Source of the DNA: Chlamydiales bacterium
GTDB lineage: Bacteria; Chlamydiota; Chlamydiia; Chlamydiales; JAAZZY01
Assembly: GCA_965206695.1 (NCBI GenBank)
Contig: CBDBKM010000007.1
Location: forward strand, 33,239-97,238
Length of the DNA: 64,000 bases
Direction of reading: 5' to 3'
Shown here: one piece after another, positions 51,211-61,402 of the stretch
Layout: each line of letters opens with the position of its first letter
How positions within the stretch are numbered: the first letter of the stretch is position 1
Position numbers and translations under genes: made by a program
Notes under the pieces: model-generated
Told to the model about the DNA's origin: nothing
Databases searched by the model: none
What the model saw: the letters and a program-made list of their open reading frames with translations, nothing else

Positions 51211-52695
51211 ATGATGTGGAGAGAACTTTACGGCCGATTTTTCAGGCAACAACCCGCATTTTTACCGTCTTTAGGAGTCTTACTGGGTTTCGCTTTGGCC
51301 TTTTCTTGGCATATGTTTTTACTGATGCCCTTATTGGTATTAACGGGATTACTTTTATACGATCACCCTTTAAATTTAGAGCGTTACAATAAGAAGTGGT
51401 TGGGGTTTATTTTCTGTGTTGCACTCGCATGTCTATATGTCCGGGTAGCCTATACATTCCCTGATTTAGGAGATAATGGGTTAGACGGCAAAGCCTCGGT
51501 TAAGATTTCATCTATTTCATCGATGCGCGGCTATAGGGGAAATATGTTGATTTATAGAGGAAAAATTAAGAGTTTTATTCCACAAGCTTCAACTGCTAGT
51601 ATTGCGAAAAATATCCCGTTTACTATTTATCAGAGCCCTCAAAAAAGAGCTTTTGCGGATGCTACCTATGAAATATCGGGAAAATTAAAAAAAAGAAGAG
51701 GGAATAACTATTTATTAAAACCTGATAAGGGTTCGGATTGGCAACTTGTAAAAAAACATGTGGGGTTATCTGAATGGAGATTTAAGCAAAAAAAGAAGGT
51801 AAGCGCTCGATTAAAAGGAGTAATCAAACAAAAACAAGCTGTAACGTTTCTTACAGGATTGGCTACAGCGGAGTTTAGTGATAAACTCATGCGCTTTACT
51901 TTTAATCGATTTGGTCTGTCTCATATTTTGGCAATTTCAGGTTTTCATTTTGCCATTATCTGCTTGGTTTTGAATTTCTTATTGCGCCTTTTCTTATCAC
52001 CTAAATGTCGTTCGTTATCTCTTTTTTTTCTTCTTAGTGTGTACTTTATTTTTATAGGGTTTTCCCCGTCGATCCAGAGAGCGTGGTTGATGATAACCAT
52101 TTTTCTTTTAGGTATCGTAATGGAAAGGTCCGGGCGACCTATTAACAGTCTATCGATCGCCTTATTATTTGTATTACTATTAGATCCCCTTATGTGTTTA
52201 AATATAGGTTTTCAATTTAGCTTTTTAGTGACATTTGCAATTTTGTTACTATATGCACCTATAGATAATAGGTTAGGGCTTGTTTGGACCAAGTATATAT
52301 GGTTTCGAAAAGCTATCTCGTTAGGCTTAAGTGTACATTTAGCTGCTATACCTCTTACTCTTTATCATTTTCATGTGTTCTATCTTCTTGGTTTTATTAT
52401 GAACTTGATTATCCCAATGGCAATTACGATCTCTTTAATTTTTTTAGTGTTAGGATTTATTATAGGAGTGATTAGTCCTATGACTGAATCTTGTATTCAT
52501 CAGTTAAATGGATGGTATACGCAAAAAGTATTGGATTTTATTTATTGTGTTCCAACGTCTTTGGACTATAAATGGGTATATCCAAATTTTTCTTTAGGGG
52601 CATTAATGGTCTATTTCTGCCTGTTTTTTTTAGGAGGCATCTATGTCAAAGAAAGGAAGCTTTTTTTCAAAGATATCATGTTTCACCTACATTAG
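51211..52695 (+). CDS. comEC: ComEC/Rec2 family competence membrane protein (no C-terminal MBL domain)
   Basis: FGLSHILAISGFH, SPSIQRA, GFQFSF, many TMs. Confidence 0.9.
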   Translation: MMWRELYGRFFRQQPAFLPSLGVLLGFALAFSWHMFLLMPLLVLTGLLLYDHPLNLERYNKKWLGFIFCVALACLYVRVAYTFPDLGDNGLDGKASVKISSISSMRGYRGNMLIYRGKIKSFIPQASTASIAKNIPFTIYQSPQKRAFADATYEISGKLKKRRGNNYLLKPDKGSDWQLVKKHVGLSEWRFKQKKKVSARLKGVIKQKQAVTFLTGLATAEFSDKLMRFTFNRFGLSHILAISGFHFAIICLVLNFLLRLFLSPKCRSLSLFFLLSVYFIFIGFSPSIQRAWLMITIFLLGIVMERSGRPINSLSIALLFVLLLDPLMCLNIGFQFSFLVTFAILLLYAPIDNRLGLVWTKYIWFRKAISLGLSVHLAAIPLTLYHFHVFYLLGFIMNLIIPMAITISLIFLVLGFIIGVISPMTESCIHQLNGWYTQKVLDFIYCVPTSLDYKWVYPNFSLGALMVYFCLFFLGGIYVKERKLFFKDIMFHLH

Positions 52696-54038
52696 AAGAT
52701 CCAACGGTCTAAAGAACCATATTTCTCTCTAATACGACCTTTAGGGAAACTAAGAATGATTAATAAAATACCAACACCGATGTTACTCCATTGGCGATGA
52801 ACGGAATTATCAATCCATAACACCCATACTGAAACAATTAACCAAATACCTAATAAGATATTGATATACCGAAGCGATCTAATGATTTCACCCATACAAA
52901 TGATAGAAATCACAACGACTACGGCTCCGGTTATATAGTCACTATCAGCGCCGATAGCGATACCTGCTATATTTAAAACATAGGGAGATGCCATAAGCCA
53001 ACCCCCTAATGCGGCTGTTATGACAAGATTCCAAGGGACATTCATCCCCCAAAACATAGAGGGTATAATTTTACCGTATTCCTTACTCATTTTTGGTGAA
53101 CGAGTATCTTCAGTAGCACCATCGGGCTCGCCACCTTTCCAAAAAACTTTCCATAACGATTTGTCACTTTTATGAGTTTGCCATAGAAATTGTAAGCCGG
53201 CGACCGCTTCATCAACAGTTAAAGAGATCATGATCAACATACTAAGAGCTGTCAAAAGACACCAAAAACACCAGTGACCTACTAATATGGGCTGACAAGT
53301 GATCAAAATAATACTAATGATACCTACCGGTATAACCATGATAGCAAAGAGTAAAACAATCCAAGGCATAGAATACCAACGTCTGGTTCCGCCTTTAAAT
53401 CCCAAAAGAAACTCAATGGTATAAGCCAAAGCTCCTAAGCCGGCATCAGGTATAGGAAAGGATCGTGAAAGAGAAGAGGTAATCACACACCTGGTGCCGG
53501 TATTCCCAAAAGCAGGGTCGACAACAACATCTAAATATCCTAATTGATAAGATGCCATATATCTGGAAGCAAACCAGCAAACCATAGCTAAAAAGATAAT
53601 CGGAATCCTTTGTGACCATGAAGAAGGGTTATATGACCAACTTTTTGGAATCTCAGGCCCTGTATACATCGATTCACCCGGGGCTCCCGGAATTAATAAA
53701 GAAAAAGCAATGGCTAAAGAACCAATCAAAGTATCATTTAAATACATAACAGCTTCAGGTGCCCAAAAAGCTATGGGAGCAAATTGCAGCCAAATACCGA
53801 CAAGGGTTAAAGCATAAGGCCCCCACCAATAACGATAAGAAAAAGTAGCGAATGTTAAGAGGAATACCATAATGCCGGATATGATATCACTCCAAAAAAT
53901 AGGCTGGTTTTTCATGTAGTAGCTGAACGTAAAAGGGACAATCACTAGCCATATAGCTATAAAAAAGCAAATAAATCGGCACCAAATCGTTCTTTCGTGT
54001 TCTTGTTGAAGTTTGCTTTCTTGATCTGTATCTACCAT
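52692..54038 (-). CDS. SPW-repeat / vitamin K epoxide reductase (VKOR) family membrane protein
   Basis: Repeated GIWLxxxP TM hairpins, WSYNPSSWSQR, PDAGLGA, GHWCFWC (CxxC). Confidence 0.85.
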   Translation of the reverse strand: MVDTDQESKLQQEHERTIWCRFICFFIAIWLVIVPFTFSYYMKNQPIFWSDIISGIMVFLLTFATFSYRYWWGPYALTLVGIWLQFAPIAFWAPEAVMYLNDTLIGSLAIAFSLLIPGAPGESMYTGPEIPKSWSYNPSSWSQRIPIIFLAMVCWFASRYMASYQLGYLDVVVDPAFGNTGTRCVITSSLSRSFPIPDAGLGALAYTIEFLLGFKGGTRRWYSMPWIVLLFAIMVIPVGIISIILITCQPILVGHWCFWCLLTALSMLIMISLTVDEAVAGLQFLWQTHKSDKSLWKVFWKGGEPDGATEDTRSPKMSKEYGKIIPSMFWGMNVPWNLVITAALGGWLMASPYVLNIAGIAIGADSDYITGAVVVVISIICMGEIIRSLRYINILLGIWLIVSVWVLWIDNSVHRQWSNIGVGILLIILSFPKGRIREKYGSLDRWIF

Positions 54039-54042
54039 ATCG

Positions 54043-55119
54043 TTAACTCTTTGAATATTTCCTTATTATGGATTTTGGAGCTTTTAAACCATTCATCTGA
54101 TACCACTTCAATGGATCAGTTTTAAGTTCTTTAATCATTCTTGGTATGACATCTCCGACGAAATTTTTAGGAGACCATCCTAGTATTTGCTTAGCTTTAG
54201 AAATATCGATAGTAAAGTTCTGATCGGCTAAATCAATCATCCAAGGTTTAATGAAGCCACCACCACCGCTAAAGACATCCATGGCCCATGCTCCTAGTTT
54301 AGCAACCCATTTAGGAATACGAATGGTTGAGATCTCTTTTCCATCAACGCATCGAGAAATGAGACGTTGTAGTTGATCGGTGCTCAGTGTTCTATCTTCA
54401 GAGATTAAAAGAATAAGTTCAGGGTCTAATTCTTTACGCTTATTGATGCATATTTCAATGCAATCTACTAGGTCATCCATATGTAGGAAAGGAGCGCCAT
54501 GGGTAAGATCTCCGGGAAATACTCGACTCTCCGGTTGATGCTCAAAAAGTCTTTGAATTTGATTAGAGATAGGGATTGAATGGCATTTATCATCATAACA
54601 ACCGGCAATGCGTAAAGAGACAAATGGTATATTTCCCCTTTCTTTTTTCATCAATTCTTCGGTTTTAACTTTTGAAAGAGGGTAGTCCCAAGTCGGATTA
54701 ACCGGAGAATCTTCATTAATGGTCTCTCCTACTTCGCAAGTTCCCATCACAAGTTGAGTACTTGAAAAAAGAAATTGTTCACATTCAAAGCTTTGTAATT
54801 CCTTTAATAGTCGGCCTGTTCCCTGAACGGTGATAACATCGTATAATTCCGGATGTGTTCCCGAAAAACTGTAATAAGCAGCCAGATGGACAACTGAAAC
54901 GATTTTATTTCCATATTTATTTCGTACCAGCTCAAACCCCTTTGCTACATTTTCATCAGAGGATAGATCCATTTTAACGAATTCGGTATTTGTAGATTGT
55001 GTCTTAGGTTCCACAATATCAAAGGCTACAATGTTATAATCCTTGTTAAACCTTTCAATGACTCTGGTTCCTATACGTCCACAAGCTCCGGTGACTAGTA
55101 TTACTCCTTTCCCGCTCAT
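54043..55119 (-). CDS. NAD-dependent epimerase/dehydratase (VKOR-associated type)
   Basis: TGACGRIG, VHLAAYYSF, YPLSK, FIKPWMIDLAD. Confidence 0.88.
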   Translation of the reverse strand: MSGKGVILVTGACGRIGTRVIERFNKDYNIVAFDIVEPKTQSTNTEFVKMDLSSDENVAKGFELVRNKYGNKIVSVVHLAAYYSFSGTHPELYDVITVQGTGRLLKELQSFECEQFLFSSTQLVMGTCEVGETINEDSPVNPTWDYPLSKVKTEELMKKERGNIPFVSLRIAGCYDDKCHSIPISNQIQRLFEHQPESRVFPGDLTHGAPFLHMDDLVDCIEICINKRKELDPELILLISEDRTLSTDQLQRLISRCVDGKEISTIRIPKWVAKLGAWAMDVFSGGGGFIKPWMIDLADQNFTIDISKAKQILGWSPKNFVGDVIPRMIKELKTDPLKWYQMNGLKAPKSIIRKYSKS

Positions 55120-55466
55120 TAAATTCTCCTTTATAAGTCTTTTTATTTTAAGGGTTTAAGGTCAGTTTTAATATCCTTTAAAGAAGTAGAAAACTCTCAG
55201 CAAATTACTCTATTTATTTAATTTCTTCATAATCAAAATAACGAAATTAAGGCAAGAGATAAGATAAACAAGAGAGTATTGTTCCTAATTTTATAAAGTA
55301 GGCGACGTTGATTATTAATTATAAAATTTAGATTTGTTGTAATAGTTTATTATTAAAGTGGATAAAGTTGAATGTTAGAGATGTAGGCTCTATATAAATA
55401 ATTATAGCTTGATTTTTTACCCGATTTTATTTATGAATAAAGAATTTACATTTAGCTTATTTATTC

Positions 55467-56420
55467 ATGACGTATTTAGTTCAAGATTTTTATAAACAGA
55501 ATTTAGATTTTCTCGGTTTAGAACTTATTACCGGAAAGGAGGGCCTCAAACGCCCGATTAAAGTTCCTGAAGTTCATCGAGCCGGGCTTTCTTTGAGTGG
55601 TTATTTAAAAAATTATGCTCAAAGAAGATTATTGATTTTCGGCAAAGTAGAAATGGAGTATCTAAAGGGCTTAAATGAAAAATTAAAAATTTCCCGTCTG
55701 GAAGCCATTTTGACTACTATGACTCCTGCTGTGATTTTAGCTAGACGTTATAAGGCACCGGAAGAACTTTTTAATATTTGTAATGAGCGAAATTTACCTC
55801 TTTTTCGAGTTAACATGTCCACGATGAATATTTCTAGTAAAATGACTCGAATTTTGACCGAAGAGTTTTCTCCAATTGCTTCAAGGCATGGTACTTTTGT
55901 CGAGGTTTTTGATGTTGGTGTTCTGATTGAAGGAGATTCTTCTATTGGTAAAAGTGAAACGGCGTTGGGTTTAATTGAACGAGGTCATCGCTTAATCTCT
56001 GATGATGTAGTTAGAATAAAAAAACGCGATGATACGTATCTAGAAGGGCATGGTGCTGAGTTAACAAGACATCATATGGAAATCAGAGGAATAGGAATTA
56101 TTAATGTTGCTAATCTTTACGGCGCTTTTTGTGTGCGTGATAAAAAAGGTATTGATATCATCATTAAATTAGAAGAATGGAACGATAATAATTTTTATGA
56201 TCGAATTGGAATGGATGAGACTTATTGTGATATTTTAGATGTAAAAGTCCCTTATACTGTCCTACCTGTTAAACCGGGTCGGGATGTGGTTTTATTAATT
56301 GAAGCGATAGCGCTCAATCATAGATTAAAAAAAATGGGCTACCATTCTGCTAAAGAATTTCAAGCAAGGCTAACAGAAAGAATTGCTCAAAAAACGAAAA
56401 GAAGGCTTAAACTAAAATGA
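55467..56420 (+). CDS. hprK: HPr(Ser) kinase/phosphorylase
   Basis: HG..V, GDSSIGKSETAL, LISDD, MEIRGIGII, PVKPGRD. Confidence 0.96.
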   Translation: MTYLVQDFYKQNLDFLGLELITGKEGLKRPIKVPEVHRAGLSLSGYLKNYAQRRLLIFGKVEMEYLKGLNEKLKISRLEAILTTMTPAVILARRYKAPEELFNICNERNLPLFRVNMSTMNISSKMTRILTEEFSPIASRHGTFVEVFDVGVLIEGDSSIGKSETALGLIERGHRLISDDVVRIKKRDDTYLEGHGAELTRHHMEIRGIGIINVANLYGAFCVRDKKGIDIIIKLEEWNDNNFYDRIGMDETYCDILDVKVPYTVLPVKPGRDVVLLIEAIALNHRLKKMGYHSAKEFQARLTERIAQKTKRRLKLK

Positions 56421-56692
56421 AGATTACACAAGACGTTTTAGTGAAAAATGATATGGGTTTACATGCAAGACCGGCAGCCGTGATTGCTAAATTATTACAA
56501 AATTGTCAGTCAAAGGTAGTTTTTAATTTTAATATGAAAACAGTAGATGCTAAAAGTCCGATGAATACGCTTCTTTTAGCTGCCGGGAAAAATGCTCAAA
56601 TAACGATTACGGCAGATGGTGTAGATGCACGCGAGACAATGAATCGATTGATTAAAGCTTTTAGTAATCGCTTTGGAGAAGGGAAAAATTAA
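56417..56692 (+). CDS. ptsH: Phosphocarrier protein HPr
   Basis: GLHARPAA (His15), VDAKS (Ser46). Confidence 0.96.
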   Translation: MKITQDVLVKNDMGLHARPAAVIAKLLQNCQSKVVFNFNMKTVDAKSPMNTLLLAAGKNAQITITADGVDARETMNRLIKAFSNRFGEGKN

Positions 56693-56694
56693 AA

Positions 56695-58470
56695 ATGAAA
56701 ACCGGTGTCGAAGGAGAGATACGTTTAAGAGGGTCTCCGATTTGTAGAGGGATTGCGATTGGTAATCCTTTCCTTTTCAGATTTTCGGATGAAACGATAC
56801 CTGAATTTTCAATTGAGAGTAATGAAATTAGTGATGAAATCTCTCGCTATCGTAGAGCTCTACATCGTAGTCAACAAGAGATAAAAAGACTTCAAAAACA
56901 ACTGGAAATGGATGGGACCCTAGAAGGAGTTGTTATCTTGGATACCCATCTTCAAATTATGCGTGATCCTTTGGTCACTTCTAATATCGAATGTCAAATT
57001 CGACTGACTAAAAAAAATGCCGAATATATTTTTCAAACGATTATCAATGAATATGAAAACCAATTTAATAAGAGCGCAGATAGTTTTTTCCGTGAGCGTT
57101 TTAGAGATATTCAAGATATTTCAAGACGCATTATGCGTAATTTAAGAAAAACTGTTCGCATTTCTTTCACAGATATTCCCATCAATTCAATTGTGTTTGC
57201 TCATGATCTGGTTCCTTCGGAGACTGCTGAGGCTGATAAATATCGAGTGGGAGCTTTTGTTACTGAAACAGGAGGAGAGACATCCCATGCAGCTATTATT
57301 GCACGGGCTAAAGGTATCCCTTATGTTGCCAGTGTCGATTTTAATAAGATGGAAAATATTAAGAATAGCCTTGTAATCGTTGACGGAAGAACAGGCGAGG
57401 TTATTTTAAATCCTAATCCTAAGACACTACTATCTTATAAAGAACTTCAACACCGGCTGGAAGTGCAAGTCAGAGATTTGCAAAAAACAGGCTCTTTAAA
57501 AGCAGAAACAATTGATGGGTATAAGGTTCGACTTTTCGCTAATGTAGAGATGAAGACGGAAGTTGATCTTTTACACCGGTTTGGAGGAGAAGGGATTGGC
57601 CTTTTAAGATCAGAATACCTTTGTCTGAAGCAAGATACTTTTCCTGATGAAGAACAGCAATTTTTAATTTATAAAAGTATTGTTAAGGCCATGAATGGTT
57701 TGCCTACCGTTATTCGAACGTTCGATATTGGAGGAGATAAATTTAGAGAGTTTATTAACATTCGGAATGAATCAAATCCCTTTTTAGGATGTAGGGCGAT
57801 TCGTTTTATGCTTAAAGAGCGAGAAGCTTTTAAATCACAAATAAAGGCTATCTTACGCACTACGGTCTATGGACAAGTTAGTATCATGTTTCCTATGGTT
57901 TCCGGTATCAATGAGTTACTGGAAGCTAAAAAAATAGTAAGCGAATCAATGCAAGAGCTTATGCAGCAAAATAAGCCGTTTAATGACGATATCAAGATGG
58001 GGTGTATGGTCGAGGTGCCATCAGCGGCTATTACATGTGATATTTTAGCTAAAGAGTGTAATTTTCTGTCTATTGGTACAAATGATCTCGTGCAGTATTC
58101 TTTAGCTGTCGATCGAGGAAATCAGGCCATGAGTTATCTTTATAATCCTTGTCATCCCAGTGTGATTCGTTTGATCAAAATGATTGTCTCCGAGTGCAAT
58201 CGTAATAGTATTCCCGTATCTGTTTGTGGAGAGATGGCAGCAGACCCACGTTTTACAGCTTTATTATTAGGCCTTGGTGTCCATGAACTATCTTGTGCAG
58301 CACGCTATCTTCCAATTGTGAAAAATGCAATTCGAAGAACAAATATTGTTGATGCTTCACAATTAGCTGAGTATGTTCTGAATATATCGACATCGGATGA
58401 AATTATTGATTTTTTAAATCATGAATATCAAAAGACTGTTCCTCACGATCTTTTTCATAATTGTTCTTAA
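56695..58470 (+). CDS. ptsI: PEP-protein phosphotransferase (Enzyme I)
   Basis: GGETSHAAIIAR, GIGLLRSE, RTFDIGGDK, NPFLGCRAIR, SIGTNDLVQY, CGEMAAD. Confidence 0.97.
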   Translation: MKTGVEGEIRLRGSPICRGIAIGNPFLFRFSDETIPEFSIESNEISDEISRYRRALHRSQQEIKRLQKQLEMDGTLEGVVILDTHLQIMRDPLVTSNIECQIRLTKKNAEYIFQTIINEYENQFNKSADSFFRERFRDIQDISRRIMRNLRKTVRISFTDIPINSIVFAHDLVPSETAEADKYRVGAFVTETGGETSHAAIIARAKGIPYVASVDFNKMENIKNSLVIVDGRTGEVILNPNPKTLLSYKELQHRLEVQVRDLQKTGSLKAETIDGYKVRLFANVEMKTEVDLLHRFGGEGIGLLRSEYLCLKQDTFPDEEQQFLIYKSIVKAMNGLPTVIRTFDIGGDKFREFINIRNESNPFLGCRAIRFMLKEREAFKSQIKAILRTTVYGQVSIMFPMVSGINELLEAKKIVSESMQELMQQNKPFNDDIKMGCMVEVPSAAITCDILAKECNFLSIGTNDLVQYSLAVDRGNQAMSYLYNPCHPSVIRLIKMIVSECNRNSIPVSVCGEMAADPRFTALLLGLGVHELSCAARYLPIVKNAIRRTNIVDASQLAEYVLNISTSDEIIDFLNHEYQKTVPHDLFHNCS

Positions 58471-58479
58471 AAATTAAAT

Positions 58480-58779
58480 TTAAAAACCAAAAGAACTTAA
58501 ATCCGGCATTTGATTTGAAGTAGACTGTTGCAATTTAGTAGTAGCATCTTGATGAGCTGCTAAAATAAGATCTTCTAATCCTTCTATATCTTCAGGATCG
58601 ACACATTCTTTTTTTATAGCAATTTTTTTTATCTCATTGTCACCATTCAAAGTGATAGTTACTAAACCATTCCCCGCACTGCCTAAGACTTCCATATTCT
58701 TCATTGAAGCTTGCACTTCAGCGAATTGAGCTTGCATATTTTGCATTTGTTTTTTCTTTTTAGAAAATCCGCTTCCCAT
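58480..58779 (-). CDS. ybaB: YbaB/EbfC nucleoid-associated protein
   Basis: GSAGNGLV...VDPEDIEGLEDLILAA; downstream of dnaX. Confidence 0.95.
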   Translation of the reverse strand: MGSGFSKKKKQMQNMQAQFAEVQASMKNMEVLGSAGNGLVTITLNGDNEIKKIAIKKECVDPEDIEGLEDLILAAHQDATTKLQQSTSNQMPDLSSFGF

Positions 58780-58806
58780 AGTAAAACCTTAATTAAATAA
58801 TTAATG

Positions 58807-60204
58807 TTAATAATTTTTTTTAATAGAGCCTTCCAACTCTATGGCAGCAAATTGCATAATAGTATCATATCTGGATTGCTTTTTTAACTCATCTTTTTTT
58901 GTTGTGCATTTTACTGTTTTTTTAGGGATTAAAGAAGGTGTAGAGGATGGTTTAATTAGCTTATCTTTAGCCGGTTGCAAAAAATCTATTTGATGATTCT
59001 TATGGTCTGTTAATATTGTATTTTTATTTGTGCTTGGAGCTTGGTTAGGAGATAAGGATTGCTCTAAATCAACTAATTTTTTGACGATGTCATCGATGCG
59101 GATACGTTGATGGCTTTCTATAATTTGAATAAGTAATAATTCAAGACAGACCCGTTTAGAAATGGTTGATTTTATTTGCTGCTGAGCTTCTTGAATGAGC
59201 TTGAGAATGATCAAGCATCGATCTTTTGAATAAAGAGGAAGAGATTGTTGATATCGTTCCCATTCCATATCAGAAAGAATTAAAGGAGCAGTGTTTTTTT
59301 TAAGAATATGGCAAAGCAGGATAGTACGAAAATGTTCAAAAAGTTGTTCAATAAAATATGTTAAATTGTGCCCATTATCAAAGATATCTTGTACGAGCTT
59401 AACAGCGGCATCTAAATGGCCTTTCTTGGCTTGTTTGTCAAATGCAAATAAGCTTTCAATAGGTAAGAGACCTAATATTTTATCCGTAGCTTCCTTCGTG
59501 ACCCTCCCCTTATTAAAAGAGATCAATTGGTCAAATAATGAAAAAGCATCTCTTAAACTGCCTTGGCAATATTTAGCAATTACATGACTAGATTCCTCAT
59601 CTAGCGAGACATTGAGACGTTTAGAGATGGCTAAAAGATGCTCTTTGATTTGAAGATAAGGAATTCTTACAAGATTAAAGCGTTGGCAGCGACTCAATAT
59701 AGTAGATAACAGTTTATGGGGCTCTGTTGTAGCAAAGAAAAACTTCACCTTAGGGGGAGGTTCTTCCAATGTTTTTAAAAGAGCATTGAAGGCTTCTTTG
59801 GTTAGCATATGAATTTCATCAATAATGAAAATCTTATATTTCCCTTTAGAGGTAGAATACCCAACCGTTTCGGTTATCTGCCGAATGTCATCAATTCCTC
59901 TATTAGAAGCTCCATCAATCTCTAAGACATTTAGTGAGTTACCTTTATTGATTTCTTGACAGGATGAGCATTGGTTGCAAGGTTCATTATCTTCGGTAGG
60001 ATGATCACAATTTAGAATTTTGGCAAAAATTCTTGCAAAAGTTGTTTTTCCTGTGCCGTGAGGACCGGAGAAGAGGTAAGCATGCGCGATTCGTTTAAGA
60101 TGGAGCGCATTTTTCAAAGTGGTAACAATTGCCTCCTGTCCAATGATTTCTGAAAAACAATGGGGACGGTAGACACGGGCCAAAACTTGATATTCTTGAA
60201 TCAT
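58807..60204 (-). CDS. dnaX: DNA polymerase III subunit gamma/tau
   Basis: YRP..F..IIGQ, GPHGTGKT, EIDGASNRG, IIDEIHML, LLKTLEEPP, SRCQ. Confidence 0.97.
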   Translation of the reverse strand: MIQEYQVLARVYRPHCFSEIIGQEAIVTTLKNALHLKRIAHAYLFSGPHGTGKTTFARIFAKILNCDHPTEDNEPCNQCSSCQEINKGNSLNVLEIDGASNRGIDDIRQITETVGYSTSKGKYKIFIIDEIHMLTKEAFNALLKTLEEPPPKVKFFFATTEPHKLLSTILSRCQRFNLVRIPYLQIKEHLLAISKRLNVSLDEESSHVIAKYCQGSLRDAFSLFDQLISFNKGRVTKEATDKILGLLPIESLFAFDKQAKKGHLDAAVKLVQDIFDNGHNLTYFIEQLFEHFRTILLCHILKKNTAPLILSDMEWERYQQSLPLYSKDRCLIILKLIQEAQQQIKSTISKRVCLELLLIQIIESHQRIRIDDIVKKLVDLEQSLSPNQAPSTNKNTILTDHKNHQIDFLQPAKDKLIKPSSTPSLIPKKTVKCTTKKDELKKQSRYDTIMQFAAIELEGSIKKNY

Positions 60205-60341
60205 ATCCTATAACCTTAAGATAATTGAGATGAAATAAAATTAAAGGAGATAGAACAAAAAATCAAGAGATCAAATAACATTTTTGTGTGTTCATGGCTT
60301 TATTGAATTTAGATTTATAAATATATAAAACATTTCGGGGT

Positions 60342-61230
60342 GCCTTTTCAACTATGAAGTGCCACAAATAGGCATTTTAAAATTCAGACTTTTCCTTGGT
60401 CTGTTATTTAATGAATTTTCTATTCTTTTTACTTCTTCATCCGTTACTTTTGATAAATCAGTTTTTTTAGGGAGATACTGTTTTACAAGTCCATTTGTAT
60501 GTTCATTTAATCCTCTTTCCCGGGAGCGATAGGGTTTAGCAAAATAAAACTCTGCGTTAAGTTTTGCTCTGACCCCTTTATGATTTCTTCCTATTATTGT
60601 ATCGCATTCAAAATCTCCTATCCTTGTTTTCATATCGACAATCTCAGGTCTTTCATCACTATCAATCCTATTGGGAATACATCCACGGCCTGTTTTGACA
60701 GAACCTTGTTTGTTATACTTCTTACCCTGATGTCTTAAATTCTTATATCAACTGCCTCTATTTTGTTGATCTTTCCAAATATGACGATAGATACTTTCAT
60801 GGCCGGTAAAAAGCCCATGCTCTTTTAACCTGCCGGATATCTGAACAGGACTCCACTGAAACCTTAACCTATTTTCTATGGCCGGACCTATTTCAGAAGT
60901 CATTTTTTTCTTTATACTACTTGCTTTTAATCGCCTGTTTTCTGATTGAATTTGAGCTGCAATATGAATATATCTACCTTGATAAAGGGTTTCTTTGCAG
61001 CTCTCTATAAATAGTAGATTTATCAACAGCAATATAATCTACAGAATCTCCTCTTTGTTTTAATGCATATATTCGGCATCTTTAATTCATAGGTTACATG
61101 ATGATAGCCTTTAGGCATAAAAATCCCTCCATAGTGACTAGTTTTTTAAAAAATTAACTATAGAAATTTTATCATCATTTAACCATTTTCACATTTCTCC
61201 TATTTGTTGCACTTCGATGTTGAAAGGGCC
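60342..61230 (-). mobile_element. IS30 family element, internally deleted/degenerate
   Basis: Both IS30 ends are present (GCCTTTTCAACTATGAAG, CTTCGATGTTGAAAGGGCC); GDFECDT, ERGLNEHTNGL, LNNRPRK. Confidence 0.9.
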
Positions 61231-61402
61231 GGGTTAATTAAAGCTTATATCTCTAAGAGCAAAAAAAATAAGGATAAATTAGTCCGCATTTGTTAGCTTA
61301 TAAGTTATAACCGGTTAAAAAGATACCTGATAAGAGGAAGGGGCTATCCTTTAACTATATGGGTTTTTTATATAATGTTCTGTCTATCAAGAGGATAAGT
61401 GG

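Noticed and set aside
55467..58470. hprK-ptsH-ptsI without sugar permeases as a novel system
   Set aside because: Incomplete, regulatory PTS modules are already known in chlamydiae and other bacteria
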